NCBI RefSeq assembly: GCF_009914755.1
Contig: NC_060945.1
DNA length: 64,000 bases
Reading direction: 5' to 3' (one strand)
Source: the human T2T-CHM13v2.0 reference genome, Homo sapiens
Below, piece after piece: positions 14,447 to 30,060 of this stretch (position 1 is the first letter of the stretch; each line of letters begins with the position of its first letter). The position numbers and the translations under genes were made by a program. Below the pieces are notes generated by a model. It did no database searches, was not told where the DNA came from, and saw only the letters and a list, made by a program, of their open reading frames with translations.

Positions 14447-16039
14447 TATCGTGTTTTATTTTTGTTTGTTTTTTTGTTTCTCTTTTTTTGGTGGGGCAGG
14501 AAGCAGAGTGGACCGTTTTCTATTTGTTATCAAGATAAATAAATCAGGCAAACCACCACTTTATTCTAAAGATCTGTTTTGAGAGAGCCATAGTCAGTTT
14601 CCCCAGTGTAAGGAGGAAATCATTCCTATATACTAGAAAACTTTTCAAAATTTTTTCAGGATACAAAACAAATTCATTCACTCAAGTTTATTCAAGGGTG
14701 GCTGATGTCAGGAGAATTGTGCACAGGAGTTCACTGTGTATCAATCTGACACTGAACCAGTCTCTAACCCATGGCAAGGACTGAGAAGTGGATGAAACCA
14801 CACTAAGAGGATACCCCTCAGGTCATCCTTTCACGAGTTTAACTCAAAAATAGGCAGGGAGCCGGAAACATGTCTGCAAGGCATTACAGAACCCATGCAT
14901 CATTACAGGGGATTACTGAGACGTAGGGGTGGAGGAGCAGGGATAGAGACCTCTCCTCAGCCCATCTAAACCCTCTCCCACCACTACAGCCATCCTCTTC
15001 AGCACAGATGAGCGCTCACACCTCCTACGCCTCCTTCCCCAGAGCCTTACAGAAATTTCCAGACCCGTTGTCTATTTTGGAGAGTGAAACTTGCGATAGG
15101 ATGACCAAGGAGTCTTCTTTTGGTGTGACTTCCTCCACTTCTCAGCCTATGACATAGGTTAACTCGAGACTGGTTCAATATGAAATTGATGCCCAGTGGG
15201 CTCAAAGCTTCTACTTCACAGGCTTCTCATGTACAGCCAAATGTTCCTTCACCTGGGAACGTTCTGAAGAGTGTTGTTACTATCTTAAGGGAATATGCTT
15301 TTAATTTAATGGTTGCCAAGAGCAGCAATCTTAGAAGTGTGGTGCCAGCTCTCCTCAGAGGCTGTCTTCAAAGGTCAAAGGGACCCTCAGGAACTGATTC
15401 TCCAAAGTGCTAAGGGACCACGCTAGGCTCATAAATCAAAGGGAAAAAATACATCCAAACTCCCTTCTGGGAGGCTACAGTCTAGACTGTCTTATATGCT
15501 CTTTGTTATCCATTAAAATAGGCAGTAAAATGTCAACACATAAAACAAAATATTCACAAAGAGAAATAAAATTCAGTAGAGTTACATATTCTGATAGAAT
15601 TTTCAAAACCACTAGGTCCATGTAGCAACTAGAGAGGTGGCTGGAGAAGGGTTATTTCAAATCCAGGAGAGATGTTAGGCACAGAGTGAACAGGAGTAAG
15701 AAACGGGCTAGAAACAGGCAATTCGCTAATGGTCTTTATTCAGAAAAACAGAATCCACTGATACTTATACCCTCATTGTCCTCCTGAGCTAAAGGCTGGA
15801 GACATTGGGCCTGGAGTAAAGGAAATGTAATCCTAGGCCCCTACATGATCCAACAATAACCCATTGCCACAGCTATGTAAACAACAGCTAGCAGGTTTCA
15901 ACTCTCCACATCAACTCCTGGACAGCCTCAGAAGACTTGCCGATGTCTGCAGAACCACATAAATGTTAAAGATTCTGGCAACAGTGAGAAGAGAGGAAGG
16001 AACAAGGAGGAAGAAAGTCAGAGGTATTAAGATAGAGAA

Positions 16040-16420
16040 TGTATAAAAAGGGAAATTGTGATAAAAATGTATGGAAGGAAAAAATGGCTTACTACCTTAT
16101 TATTTAAAGTTACAATGATGATCAACAGAAATTTTAAAAAAATACAAAAAACAACAAAAGGAGGGAAAGGAGGTGATCAGAGGGTATCACAGTAGTGTGA
16201 GTTAAACCTTTGTCATAATGGGAAGTCAATAAATGGGACTTAATTTTTTTTAATCAAGTAATTTTTTGAGTTGTGGAGTTAAGACATAGAACGACCAAAA
16301 AAAAAAAAAATCAAAGGAGTTTTCTCCAGGAAGTGGAACTGATGTCAGAGAAGGGCTGGGGGGAGACAATAGCTTTTTATAAAATCTCCAGTATCACATC
16401 ATGGTTTCCGTGCATACTGA
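16040..16420 (+). mobile_element. Old L1 3' UTR fragment (L1MC/ME-like)
   Basis: A-rich, gggaagtcaata, ttttctccaggaagtggaactg...gctttttataaaatct; highly diverged. Confidence 0.4.
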
Positions 16421-16442
16421 CAAGGTATAGAAACTCAGACCT

Positions 16443-16742
16443 GGCCGGGCATGATGGCTCACGCATGTAATCCTAGCACTTTGGGAGGCCAAGGTGGGTG
16501 GATCACGAGGTCAGGAGTTCAAGACCAGCCTGGCCAACATGGTGAAACCCCATCTCTACTAAAAATACAAAAATTAGCCAGGTGTGGTGGCGTGCGCCTA
16601 TAATCACGGCAACTCAGGAGGCTGAGGCAGGAAACCTGCTTGAACCTGAGAGGCAGAGGTTACAGTGAGCCTAGATCGCACCACTGCACTGCAGCCTGGG
16701 CGACAGAGCAAGACTCCGTCTCAGGAAAAAAAAAAAAAAAAA
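16443..16742 (+). mobile_element. Alu SINE (AluS)
   Basis: Full dimer, A tail, degenerate TSD agaaactcagacct / agaaatactgagacct. Confidence 0.98.
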
Positions 16743-16754
16743 GAAATACTGAGA

Positions 16755-16968
16755 CCTTACCACCTATGTGATTTTAGGCAACTTTAACTTTTCCATGCAC
16801 AGTGTCCTCATTTATAAAATGGGACCAGTAATAATGCTTACTTCATACAGTTGGAAGAATGACATTGGATGATACAACTACAGCACTTAGTGCAATGCCT
16901 GACCAACAGTAGGTTCTCAATGAAGGTTGGCTATAAATAATATTTGTTTATTATTATTATTATTATCA
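16755..16968 (+). mobile_element. MIR SINE
   Basis: cagtgtcctcatttataaaatggga...gcacttagtgcaatgcctgaccaacagtaggttctcaat. Confidence 0.75.
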
Positions 16969-17127
16969 CCGGAGAGTTGCTTTTATTCACTTAATACATC
17001 ACGAACAGCTCCACAAATATAGATCTATGGGTCATTCTTGAACAGCTGCATTAAAGTCCGTAGAGTGGACTGGCATAATTATTCAGCCTTCGGACTAAGG
17101 TTCAAACAAGCTTCTTATCTAAATCTC

Positions 17128-17345
17128 ATGGTTTCTCAACCTCAGCTCTACTTACATTTTGGGTCAAATTATTATTTGTTGTGGAGGGTTGTCCTGTGGG
17201 TCATAGGGTGTTTGGCAGCATCCCTGACCTTGACCCACAGGGTGTACCACCACCCCCAAGTTCTAGCAACCAGAATTGTCTGCAGACATTGCCAAATGTC
17301 CCCTGGAAGGGAGGGGGAGATAGAACTGCCCCAACATGAGAACAT
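17128..17345 (+). mobile_element. MER20 hAT-Charlie MITE
   Basis: tggtttctcaacctcagc...tttgttgtggagggttgtcctgtg...cagcatccctg...cagacattgccaaatgtcccctgg. Confidence 0.88.
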
Positions 17346-17531
17346 GCCTCAAATCCATCCTAAAAACTTCAGGGACTGTTCACCTGCAGCCGGGTTTCTT
17401 CTCATGAGAAAACTTTCTGAAGCTAGTTACAGGCAGACATAAAATACTACAGTCCCCATTTCATGTCACTCACCTGAAAGCAAGGGTCAGAGACACAGCT
17501 TTGCTGTGCCCTCAGTTTAAGATACACTTTA

Positions 17532-17945
<414 letters not shown>

Positions 17946-19130
17946 TCATGCTCTTGCCTTTTGCAATCTCAGTTTATCATAATCTTATTAAATGAGATTA
18001 ACAGATACAGTTTCAGTAGGGCCAGAAATAATGTTTGTTCTTCCACAAATTTCTTCCTAACCAAGGCCAACAGCCTTGCCATTATGTGTCAAATGACTCA
18101 GAAGAAACAGACTCCACGAGGCCCAGCCCCATAACTAGGTGAGGACAAAGCTCAAAATCCACATCTAAATAACACTAGCTCAGAGGTGATCTTCATATAC
18201 AGGAGGAGGGGACAGCTAATAAATGCAAGTATAATCTCCTAATTATAAATAGCATTTTAACTTAGAGTTCTGTTTAGCAAAATTATTTCCATATCCTTGG
18301 GGATGGCTTATAATAATGGTGCTTTGCCAATGTGGTTTCAGAAAATTCTATTAAATGAAAAATCCTGTAGAACAGATGTGTTCACAAGTCCCTGTCCACA
18401 CAGCAGCCAAACTGCTTAATGAAAACACCGCTATGGTTCAGAATTGTGCTTTCTACTGTTATAGGATTGTTATATTAGCATCTCAGAAGAGTAAAGAAGG
18501 TTGGAAAGGAGTGAGAGAGAGGAAATTACCAGAACTAGGGGTCAGGGATGGAATATCTCCAAGGCAAGTACCTCAACATGATACAGAATAAAAGGAAGAT
18601 GATAAAAGAAGTGCTGTTTTTTAAAAAATAGCAAAACCAGGACATAGAAATGAAATGCCTGATTTAAACTAAATCAAGTAAATAACACCACCTCTGTGCT
18701 CTGTATATATTGAACATGCATACATTTCCAATTACATATAATTGGAATGTAACAAAGCTATTTCCAACTCCCTCAAATTCATTAAAATGAGATTTTTTGC
18801 CTGTCTTCAAGAGCTGTTTCTTACTCAAATCATCCTCATACCAGGTTACTCCAAGGACCACTTAGTTTGTTCTCAAAAGTTATACATGAAATTCTATGTG
18901 ATTCTTCCACAACCATTTGCAGTGACTGTTTGGTCATCTTTGGAATAACTGATAAATGTTCATATTTTGTCTCCAAAGCAAGCAAGAACAACCCCATTTG
19001 AGGGTTTGCAGCAAAGACGCTCCTCGATGGCATTTCTCTTTTGCTGTGTGTGTGTGTTTACATCTAACACAGCATGACCTTGCCCCCAAAGAGCTTTACT
19101 TCCAAGTAACACACAGCCCAAAACTCTCAC

Positions 19131-19933
<803 letters not shown>

Positions 19934-21409
19934 TAAAAATAAGGTAATTTTAAAGAAAGCCAATAATTTAATTTCAGAGAATAACAGAGTAGACTAGTAA
20001 AAATAAAGGTTAACCTTGAAAATAATAATATTGGCAATTTTAAAGGCCACGAAGCTGAAGGATAAAATTTCAATTTATTTTTGAAGTTAAACCTGGCTAA
20101 GGACTACCAAAAGTATTGAGATTTTTATCAAATAGCATGCCTCTCCTCCTAGAGATATCACCACACACATTTTTCACTTGAACAGATGAGTTTTTATCTT
20201 AAAAAATAAAAGTTTAGATCAAAGCTGGGAAAATGCTTCTCATTAGAAAGAATGTAAAACAAATATTTTAATAAAATCTATCCCCTAAGACATTTCTGAG
20301 GTGATGCTGACACTGCATGCCTCAGTTTAAATTAAAACTAATATACCCAATTTCACAGATCTCTGAAACCATCTTTGATAGCAGTTACGCTATTAGTTGC
20401 TTTCCAGCTCTTGCTGAAAATATAAATAGTGAACGTCTTATCTGAATTTGCTGATGCAGGCAGTAATAGAATTCTTTTACATTTAAACAGAGAGGTACAG
20501 CTAGATTTGTCTTTTCCACTGGCTTTATTAAAAGAGATTAATATACGTATCGTCCTTTCACAATTTCCAATGCACATACATTATCTCATGTAATCTTTCC
20601 AACCAGTCTGTGAGTTTGGTAATATTATCATCATTTTTAGTGAAGTAATTAGATGCTGGAGAAGGAATGGATTTTTGCCAAATATTAATCAACTCAAAAG
20701 AGGTACGGATAGAATTCAGTAAAACCACCCAGCTTTTATAGAGTATATCTTGTCTTCCTCACATAAATGAATGAGTTACCCCCCCACCAACAAGTATACA
20801 CTCATACGCAAAAGACACAGCTTGTTTCAAAAACTTGAAACAATTGGTGATTTATTTGAGAAATTCTTCAGACTTGAAATCTTTGATAACCAATTTTCTC
20901 CTTATGGCCTGTAGTCTTTGTTTGATTACTTAGTGACTTCCAAGTTAAACTGAAAGTGAAACACTCTACTGCTTGGGGGCCTGCTGGGTTCTCCAAGGAC
21001 AGCCATAATGACATCATCCCCCAGTGAACCCCACTTCAATAGCATTTTTAATTTTTCATTCAAATAATACACACACAAAGTCCTAAAGTCTTTCCTAACT
21101 CCAGTGTCAATTAATCAAGCAAATAAAACTCCTTTCATTTTCATTTTTGAAATGTTTTAGAAGACTTCCTGTGATTTTCAATTTGCTTGCTAAAATTAGG
21201 TTATTCAAGAATTTTCTAAAAATATGTATTGACTTGAAAAAAACGTTGTTTAGCATTTTCCCATCCCTCTCACTTCCAATACTATTTCACAGACAGATTT
21301 CTCAATGAAAACAGCCTACTAAATTACTTAGACCTTGTGAAGAATATACAAACAGAAAGACACACAGCGGGCTTCATCAGGTGTGTGACTAAATTAAGTT
21401 GGAAACTAG

Positions 21410-21680
21410 CATGACAGTTGTGTGTGCACGCGCTGGAACTAGGCTGCCCGAGTTCTCATCTCAGCCTTACTATTTTTACTAACACTAAGAATTTGGGGCA
21501 CATTATTTAGAGTTTCTGTGCTTCAGTTTCCTTATCTGTAAAATGGGCATGGTAATCATGGTTCTTTTACCTCATTGGTTTACTGTGAGAATTAAGGGAG
21601 TCAGTCAAGGTAAAGGTACTTTGAAAAGTAGCAGGCACAAAGAAAGTGCTATAGAAATACAATATTGACTGCTATCATTA
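21410..21680 (+). mobile_element. MIR SINE
   Basis: tctgtgcttcagtttccttatctgtaaaatggg core. Confidence 0.8.
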
Positions 21681-21790
21681 TAGCAATGCAAACAATCTCC
21701 CTCTTGATCATTCAAAGAAAAAAAAATTAAAGCATTTTCATGTTAAACACACACTCATTTTTTCCCTGCCTTCTTTCTAAGATTTTAGGT

Positions 21791-22110
21791 CAGGGCTTAG
21801 CAAACTGCTGCCAGTAGGCCAAATCCAGCCCACTATCTTTTTGTACAACAAGCGATCTAAGAGTGGCTTTTACATTTTTAAATGATTGAGAAGAAAAAAC
21901 TAAAAGAAGAAGAATATGGCATATCTGAAAATTATATGAAATGTAAGATTCCATAATAAAAGATAACTGGAAACCCAACAAGCTTATTCGTTTACATGGT
22001 GTCTGAGGCTGCTTTTGTGCTACGAGGCAGACTGAGTAGTTGTGAGACCTCATGGCTCACAAAGCTGAAAACATTTACTATCCGGCCCTTACAGGAAAAG
22101 TGGCCAGCTC
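21791..22110 (+). mobile_element. MER58B-like hAT-Charlie MITE
   Basis: cagggcttagcaaact...ggccaaatccagccc...gagtagttgtgagac...catttactatccggcccttacaggaaaagt. Confidence 0.85.
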
Positions 22111-23479
22111 ATTATTTTCTTGGTGATTGGTGTGAGCATTGCAAACTTTAGAATGTTTCTAAACTTTAGAAATATTCACTTTCTGTGAATGAAGGGAGGT
22201 GCAGATGAATCCTAAAAGGAAAAATTCAGATTCAGGAAAATCACAAGATAAAACTCAAGTACTTAGGATTGTTCCTTCTGAAGCGTTCTAGGAAAGGTAT
22301 GGTGATGAAGTCCATTAAAAGTATATGCTAAACTAAATTGTATATATACTATGAGATTTGATTATTCATAATAACTAAAAATATTCCACATTCACAGCAT
22401 AGATGCTCAGTTTTATGATGAAACTTTTGTACAGCAGCTGAAAATGTATAGGGCTTCATTCCAATCCCCTGCACAGCCAGCTTTACCACTTTCTTTTCTT
22501 TCATTTTTTAATGCATTGCATATTAAAGTCAAATTTTGACCTGAAAAATCAAACATTAGCTATGAGATAAGTTTACCTAGCCTGCCCACTTTCTCATTTG
22601 TCTCTGGGATTCTTCTAATTTTTTCTGGGTAGAATCAGTTCTTTCTTTTCTCAATAGCCATAATCTCATACTTAGTCTTCTCCCACAGTTATTTTATGGC
22701 ACTTTATTATGGAAATATTCATATTTAGAATTTTTTTCATTGTCATGGCCTTCCTACTATTGTCTTCAACTTTCCTCATCACCGATGAAATCTTTTCTTA
22801 TACTTTGGTGAGGCCAAGTTGAAGAAGAATAAAATGGAAAGTTCTGTTCATGTCTGTAGTTTTTTTCTTGCTTAAGCAATTTCATTTTTTATTATTTTAA
22901 TAGAATTACTTTTCCTAATAATATGATTTCCCTTATAAGTTCATGCAACAACAACAGCTCTGGGGATATTACAGTTAATGAGCACTAGGATTCAGGAGTC
23001 CTGTGGAAAGTCACCAAAAGTCCATCAGCTCCTTTTCTTTGTCTGTGAAATGAAAACATCCAAAGAGATGGCTCTGCATTTCTATGTAACTCTGAGTTTC
23101 TAAGATTCTTGCTTTATTCACAATTCTTGTAGTTATTGGGTCTTTCCATAGATAATAGTTTCTAACATTGGATCAAACCATTTATTTCTAATTCTCCACA
23201 ACTCTGTATTCTATACAATAGTTCTAAATTCTAGATTATTACATCACTTTCTAATTCTCTCCTTTACTATGAGCTTATGATTCAGATTCATCCAGCTGTG
23301 TTTGCAGCTCTATTTAGCAGGACTAGCGGTTGAATGTGAGCCCCTAGGGAGGTGAGCCCCAGGCACATGCAAACCCATTAGGGCAGCTAAAAACACCACT
23401 TCCCTTGCAGGAAGAGTGGGAGTTATTGAAAGCCCAGGACTTTTCTTGTCCAGTGTATACAAGGGAAAGTAGAGTAACA

Positions 23480-25950
23480 ACATTTAAAATTACAAAAGTA
23501 ATACAAAAATCATGCTCTTTTTAAAAATTCAAATTTTGAAGAATTAGATATAAGAGACAAAATTACCCACTTCATCCTCTTAAAATAAGACCACTCCCTT
23601 AGGCAACCAGAGTATCCTTCCAGAACTTTCTTTATGCATTCATGTGAATAAATACAGATTTATAGGTACAGATATAGATTTAGGTATCTTTTTACTCTTA
23701 CAAACATTAATTTATACTACACATATTATTCTGAAACTCTGAAACTTGCAACTTTTTAACTTAATGCTACATCTTGGAGTTCCTTTCGTTTCAGGACATA
23801 TAGATCTAATTGATTCTTTTTATTGGTTTCATAGAATCCTTATATTACCAATTTCTAGTGATGGATATATAAGTTATTTCTAATTTATTTAATCTGACAA
23901 ATAAATAATGTTATATGTTTTTCTTTGTGCATATATGTAAATGTTCTGTGAGACAGAAAACCTAGGTTAAAGGAAATTAGTATTTTAAATTCAGGTGAAA
24001 ACTGCCAAATCCCTTCAAGCATTATTTGCTACTTTACATTCCCATCAATAACATGTAACAAATGTTCACTTTTCCACACCATCTCTACCATAAATATTAT
24101 TTTTGTTAGCCCAATGAATGAAAAATGCTCATTTTTTGTTATTTTAATTTGCATTTTTTGGTTAAGTTAGCTTACTAATTTTTCACATTCCCATGGACTG
24201 TGAATAGATTTTTCCTTATCATTGTCCATTTTTCTATTGGGTAATTTGTTTTATTGACTAGAGAATGCCTTATATATTATAGAAATTAATCTTTTGTTTA
24301 TTATTTATATTGTTTGTCTCATTATACTACCTATATTTTAACTTTGCTTATGGGCAAGTTTAAAATTTTAAACTGTATATCTTTATGGTATCTGCGTTCT
24401 GTGTCTTAATTAGGAAAATCTTCCCCACTCAAAGGTTATTAAAATGTCCTGCATGTTCTTCTTATATTTATAGGGTGTTTTTTTCAGTTTATGTCTTTAA
24501 ACCATATGGAATTTATTTTTGTATATGGCATAAGGTATAGAATAATTTTTTCAAACGTTATCGTCCATGCATCATGTATGAAACAGTCCATTTATAAATG
24601 TTTAATTACAAAAGACACATGATTCTGTGGATTCTCAATTCTATCCCATTATTTTTCTATTTCCGTGCCAAAACCACAAAAAACCACACTGCTGTGGAAA
24701 GTTCCCTCTCTTTTCTTTCTTTCCTTTTTTTTGTGAGACGGAGTCTCGCTCTGTCGCCCAGGTTGGAGTGCAGTGGCACAATCGTGGCTCACTGCCAAGC
24801 TCCGCCTCCCGGGTTCACGCCATTCTCCTGCCTCAGCTTCCTGAGTAGCTGGGACTACAGGCGCCCGCCACCATGCCCAGCTAATTTTTTGTATTTTTGG
24901 TAGAGATGGGGTTTCACCGTGTTAGCCAGGATGATCTCGATCTCCTGACCTCGTGATCCGCCCGCCTCAGCCTCCCAAAGTGCTGGGATTACAGGCATGA
25001 GCCACCGTGCCCAACCCAAAGCATATTTTTACTTGAAGAAAAATCTAAAAAAAAAAAATTTATTGGAATTACATTGAATTTATAAATTAACTTGGGAAGA
25101 AATTACCAGTTTACACTTCTGCCTTCCCATCCAGAAATACTGTGTATTATTCATCATTTCTTTTATGTTTTTCAATAGAGTGTTCTAATTTTCCTTGTAT
25201 GTTTCTTAGGCTCTGAGGTTTATCCTTAGGCATTTCAGTGTTTCTGAGGTTCTGCACTTATTCTTAGGCATTTTGGTATTTTTATTATTATGAATAACAT
25301 CTATTTTTATGAGCTACTCTTAGACATCAGTAAATTTGTGATCTCAGTGTTTGGTCTTACATTCAGGCAAATCAATGAATTATCATATTAGTTCTAAAAG
25401 CTTTTTGGTTTGTCTTTGATTTTCTAGGTAGAAAATCATACCAACTACAAATGATTGTGGTTTTATCACTTCCATTTCAATGTTTGTACACTATTTCCCT
25501 CTTGTCATGTTTCATTGGCTGGTATCTGCAGTACAATCAGGAGTAATAATAGAGCTCTTGATTTTAATTAATGTGCTCCCCGTGTTTCACTATTACATGT
25601 TTGCTCTTTTGGCAGATACCTTTTATCTAAATTTAAGAGGCTATTTCTTCCTAGTTTTACCAGGAATATCTGTTGAATTTTTATAAATTGCTTTTTCTGT
25701 ACCTGGCAAGATAATCATGTAATTTTTCTCTTTTTCTTTAATAAACTGAAAAATGCTAATATATTTCATAGTATAGAAACATGCTTTCATTTCTGAAATA
25801 ACTGTTCAGTCCTGATGTGTTATTCCTTTTGATCATCACTAGGTTTCATTGGCAAATATTTTCCTTCGAATTTTTAAATTTATTTCTGTAAATAAAGTTA
25901 GCCTGTGATTTTCTTTTGTTAGGCTGAATTTGTTCAGTTTGGAAATCAAA
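23480..25950 (-). mobile_element. Old L1 (L1ME-like), 3' UTR and ORF2 end, antisense
   Basis: T-rich; tactttacattcccatca, ttttaatttgcattt, ccatttttctattggg, attacattgaatttataaattaacttggga. Confidence 0.8.
24711..25016 (-). mobile_element. Alu SINE (AluY)
   Basis: Y diagnostics: aagctccgcctcccgggttcacgccattc, gggactacaggcgcccgcc, gtgttagccaggatg; CpG-rich. Confidence 0.95.
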
Positions 25951-28151
25951 ATTAAAATCATCAAAGAATAAACAAACAAGCAAAAAATATTTGTGAAAAA
26001 TTTACAGAGGACTCTGGTTTAAAGTTTCTGTTCCTGTAGGAGTCTAATCCTGTAACACTGACAAGAAAACTATAGGAAACTGAGATTTTATATACCTGTA
26101 ATTTGCTGTTGCAAATTATAGGTGTAACCCAGATATTAAACAGGTGATACTGGCAAGGAACAATCAGAAACCAACTTTATTATTTTCTCCCCCTGCTAGT
26201 CAAGGCCATTTTGTGTTGCTGATTCTCTTTACCTGTGGATGAAATCTTGTCTTGCTCCTGGTAAAATCTTGTATGAACCCCCATAGGACATCCCTTCACT
26301 CTATGGTTACTAACTGCTCTCTATTCACTTGCACTCCTAAGGGTAGTTTCATTTCAGTAATTAAATCTAACATCTTGTGTAACAGTCAAACTCCAAACTT
26401 TATTTCAAAGTGAGAGGAGGAAGGGCCTCTGCCCTGAATACCTCACCCTCCAAGCTGTGGCTTCTAACTCCTCTAGGACCAGAGCCAAAGAGGAGAGAAG
26501 AGGTAAGGAGACAGGAAAGAACTCACTTGAAGGGCATCTCTGTGATCTAGCTTTGGTTCTTGCTGGTGTTTAATGACAATGCTGCTGTGGGATGCTTTCT
26601 GTCTTCTTTGGACAACATCTCCAAGCTGGGGATCCCTCACCTCTAGTTCTCTTGATGAGTATAAACGTATCTTCTTGCTTATAGCTTAGAATTCCTCCTT
26701 CAGTCCTGGCATCTAGTGGCACACCTCCAACCCCACTCTGTTGATATTTTCTTGCTCCTCCTGGAAGCCCTGCTGGCAGGATCTAAAACAACTCCAAGCT
26801 GCTGCCCTGACATGTGGCCTTCATCTGGCCCCCAGGTGACAGAAATGTCTGACTCACCATCAGACGGAGGACACCAGACCCAAACACAGCCCTGTCCTCA
26901 GCTGCCACAGCTGGTCCAGCCAGCCTCTCACCTGTGAAGGTTTTTTTGTAGGCATATGTTATGCACCGCAGGGTTCACAGCTCCAGCTGTGCAAATAAAC
27001 CTCTTCAAGCCACCTCTCTTACCTTGAAAAAAGTGAATCATTTTTAGGTTAGGGGGTGAGGAGTGTGCAAGAGAGGTCTGGAGCTTGGGTGAAAAATGAA
27101 ACTCAAAGCCCAAGTTTTCCCAAACCAATCCTCTCTCCAAACTCCAGGTTCTTCTCTCAGACTCCCCAACCTCTTTTATGGCCTTGTGTAGGAGGTCAGC
27201 TAAGGGCCACGAAACAGGATTTTGGCCCCTCCTTTGCAAGTTCCAGGGACTCTGGAGTCCCAGTCTTCCACTTTGGAATGTGGGAGTCGTTGAGGCATCA
27301 TCTTGGAACTATCAACCAAAAATGAGATAGGAAAGAGTATTCGGGAGAGGTAGACTATTTATCCCACACATTTAAATTTACCTTTGAATTATTTACCTTC
27401 AGATGAATATCCAAAAGAAAACTGGTTTTCTCACTCACAGTGTCTCTAGTCCCTCAACACTTAAAATCTTCACTCTGGGAAATAAATTATACAATAACTT
27501 AAGTGTGTTCTTAAGCCAAGCCAACAGACCAAACATCTTTGATGTGTGGCTAAAAGCTGGGCCATGATGAATCCGAATTTCATTTTTCTTTTCAGTCTAT
27601 GGGCTTCACTCCTTGACTTTGATCCACCCTTCATAAAGCTATAGGCAAACGTATCACCGATTTTGTTCTTATACACTACACATACATTCACACACCCTCA
27701 CATTCGTCTTGTACTAGAGATGGCAACCTATAAAAGATGACACAGCAGTGACTCAAGAGTTTGAGCAGCTACTTCACCCCTTTATATACGCCTTCATCCA
27801 AAATTCTCCCTGGGAAGCCTCCTTGAGGTTCAAGGCCACTAGGCAAGCAGGCATCTGTCTCCCTGGAAATGCTAGCAGATCATCACCCCAGGAGAATCCC
27901 AACTGAGAGGAGAAAGGAAAATAAATAAAATAATTGTTTTAATGAATAAACAAATATGGAATATAGTCCAGGGCCCTGGGTATCTGCATGAGCATGGGAC
28001 AGAGAAACTAACAATTGTGAATCAGGAGAAGCCAGGTCACAAGAAGCAGTCATTTCCCTCTAGGCCACCACCCCAGCATCTCTAAATGTAGGAATGTGAG
28101 CAAAGTAATTCCTAAAATTCTAGGATTCTAATTAGTGTTGAGGTGATTATG

Positions 28152-28463
<312 letters not shown>

Positions 28464-28559
28464 AATTATGTTCCTTTTACACTGATTTTCTTGGAGCATC
28501 AGTTCTAACTAGGATTCCTCAGGGTACAGATAAGAAACATTCCATAATGATTCTCTACA

Positions 28560-28882
28560 ATAGGGATAGACAAACTAAGGGACCCTCATGCAAGCCAGGC
28601 TGCCACCTGTTTTTGTACCACTTTGAGCTAAGAATAATTTTTAAATGGTTGGAAAAGATCAAAAGAAAAAATAATATTTTATAACCTATGAAAATTATAT
28701 GAAATTCAAAATTGAGCTTCTATAAATACAGTTTTATTGGAACCCAGCCATGCTCCTTTGTTTGTGTCTCCCTGGCTACTTTCACACTACAATGGCAGAG
28801 TAGAGTAATTGCAATTGAGTGTGCATACGGCACACAAGGCCTAGAATATTTACTCTGTGGCCCTTTAAGGAAAACTGCTCCA
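28560..28882 (+). mobile_element. MER58B-like hAT-Charlie MITE
   Basis: ctgccacctgtttttgta...gagctaagaat...ttttattggaacccagcca...aatatttactctgtggccctttaagg. Confidence 0.85.
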
Positions 28883-28983
28883 CAATCAGGAAGAAGGTCA
28901 TGGAAAAGGAGGTGACATCAGTGGGAAGAGGCAGTCTGGCTCCAATTCACTCCCTAGAACAATGGTGGATGTCTCCCAAGTAG

Positions 28984-29308
<325 letters not shown>

Positions 29309-29980
29309 TAAAAAATTTAAAAATCCAAAACCACTGAGGCCCAGAACAGGTATCTTTTGGGATTCTAGAAGAGTAAAATGGGGTGGGAGGGGAAGTAGAA
29401 AGGGAAAAAAAAAAAAAAAAAAAAGACCATGGGAGTCAAGTCAGTGATTTCTCACATACAAATGATCTAAAAAGTTTCTGGGCTCCTGGTAAAGCCAAAT
29501 GATCTGGGCTGCATTCCAGGTCCAAGATGTCCTGATTTCCTATTTTTGTTCCCTTTCAGGTCTCAGATTTCAAAACTTTACTGTTACCCTATTTAGGGTC
29601 ACTATGAAAATAGCTTAGAAGTCAGCCTTAGAATTTCAATTCAGAGATATCAGAGACTTTTGTACTAGGGACCTAAAACCTTTAAAAGATGTTTGTTTTA
29701 TTGCCTCCAAATGCCTACTTTCAAAGTTTTGCCAGGAACACGTAAGCCAACAAGGAGCTTATATCTGTGGGTTGACTAAAATCCCGTAAAAGCTATTAGA
29801 GTATAAGCTTCCAATGAAACTGTAAGTTTCCCCAATTAAATCGATAATACCTTGAGTGGAAAGCATGCCAGCTCCAGCTCCCCTCAAACTGCCTAGCACC
29901 TAGTAAGATGCCATTGTAAATACTTGCTGAATAAACGTTCTATATATTCAGAGTTTGCTTGTTGTTACATATTGCAACTG

Positions 29981-30060
29981 TGTGTTAATTATTGACATAA
30001 TTCTGGGTATTTAATACATTTTGTGTTAATTATTGACATAATTCTGCGTATTTAATACAT
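29981..30060. repeat. Tandem duplication, 41-bp period, 2 copies
   Basis: tgtgttaattattgacataattctg(g/c)gtatttaatacat at 29981-30019 and 30022-30060. Confidence 0.95.

Noticed and set aside
29405-29424. Orphan A20 run suggesting a retrocopy tail
   Set aside because: No TSD or recognisable upstream mRNA/SINE; most likely slippage expansion
29981-30060. Direct repeats resembling a CRISPR-like array
   Set aside because: Only two adjacent copies, no spacers, no cas genes, eukaryotic context
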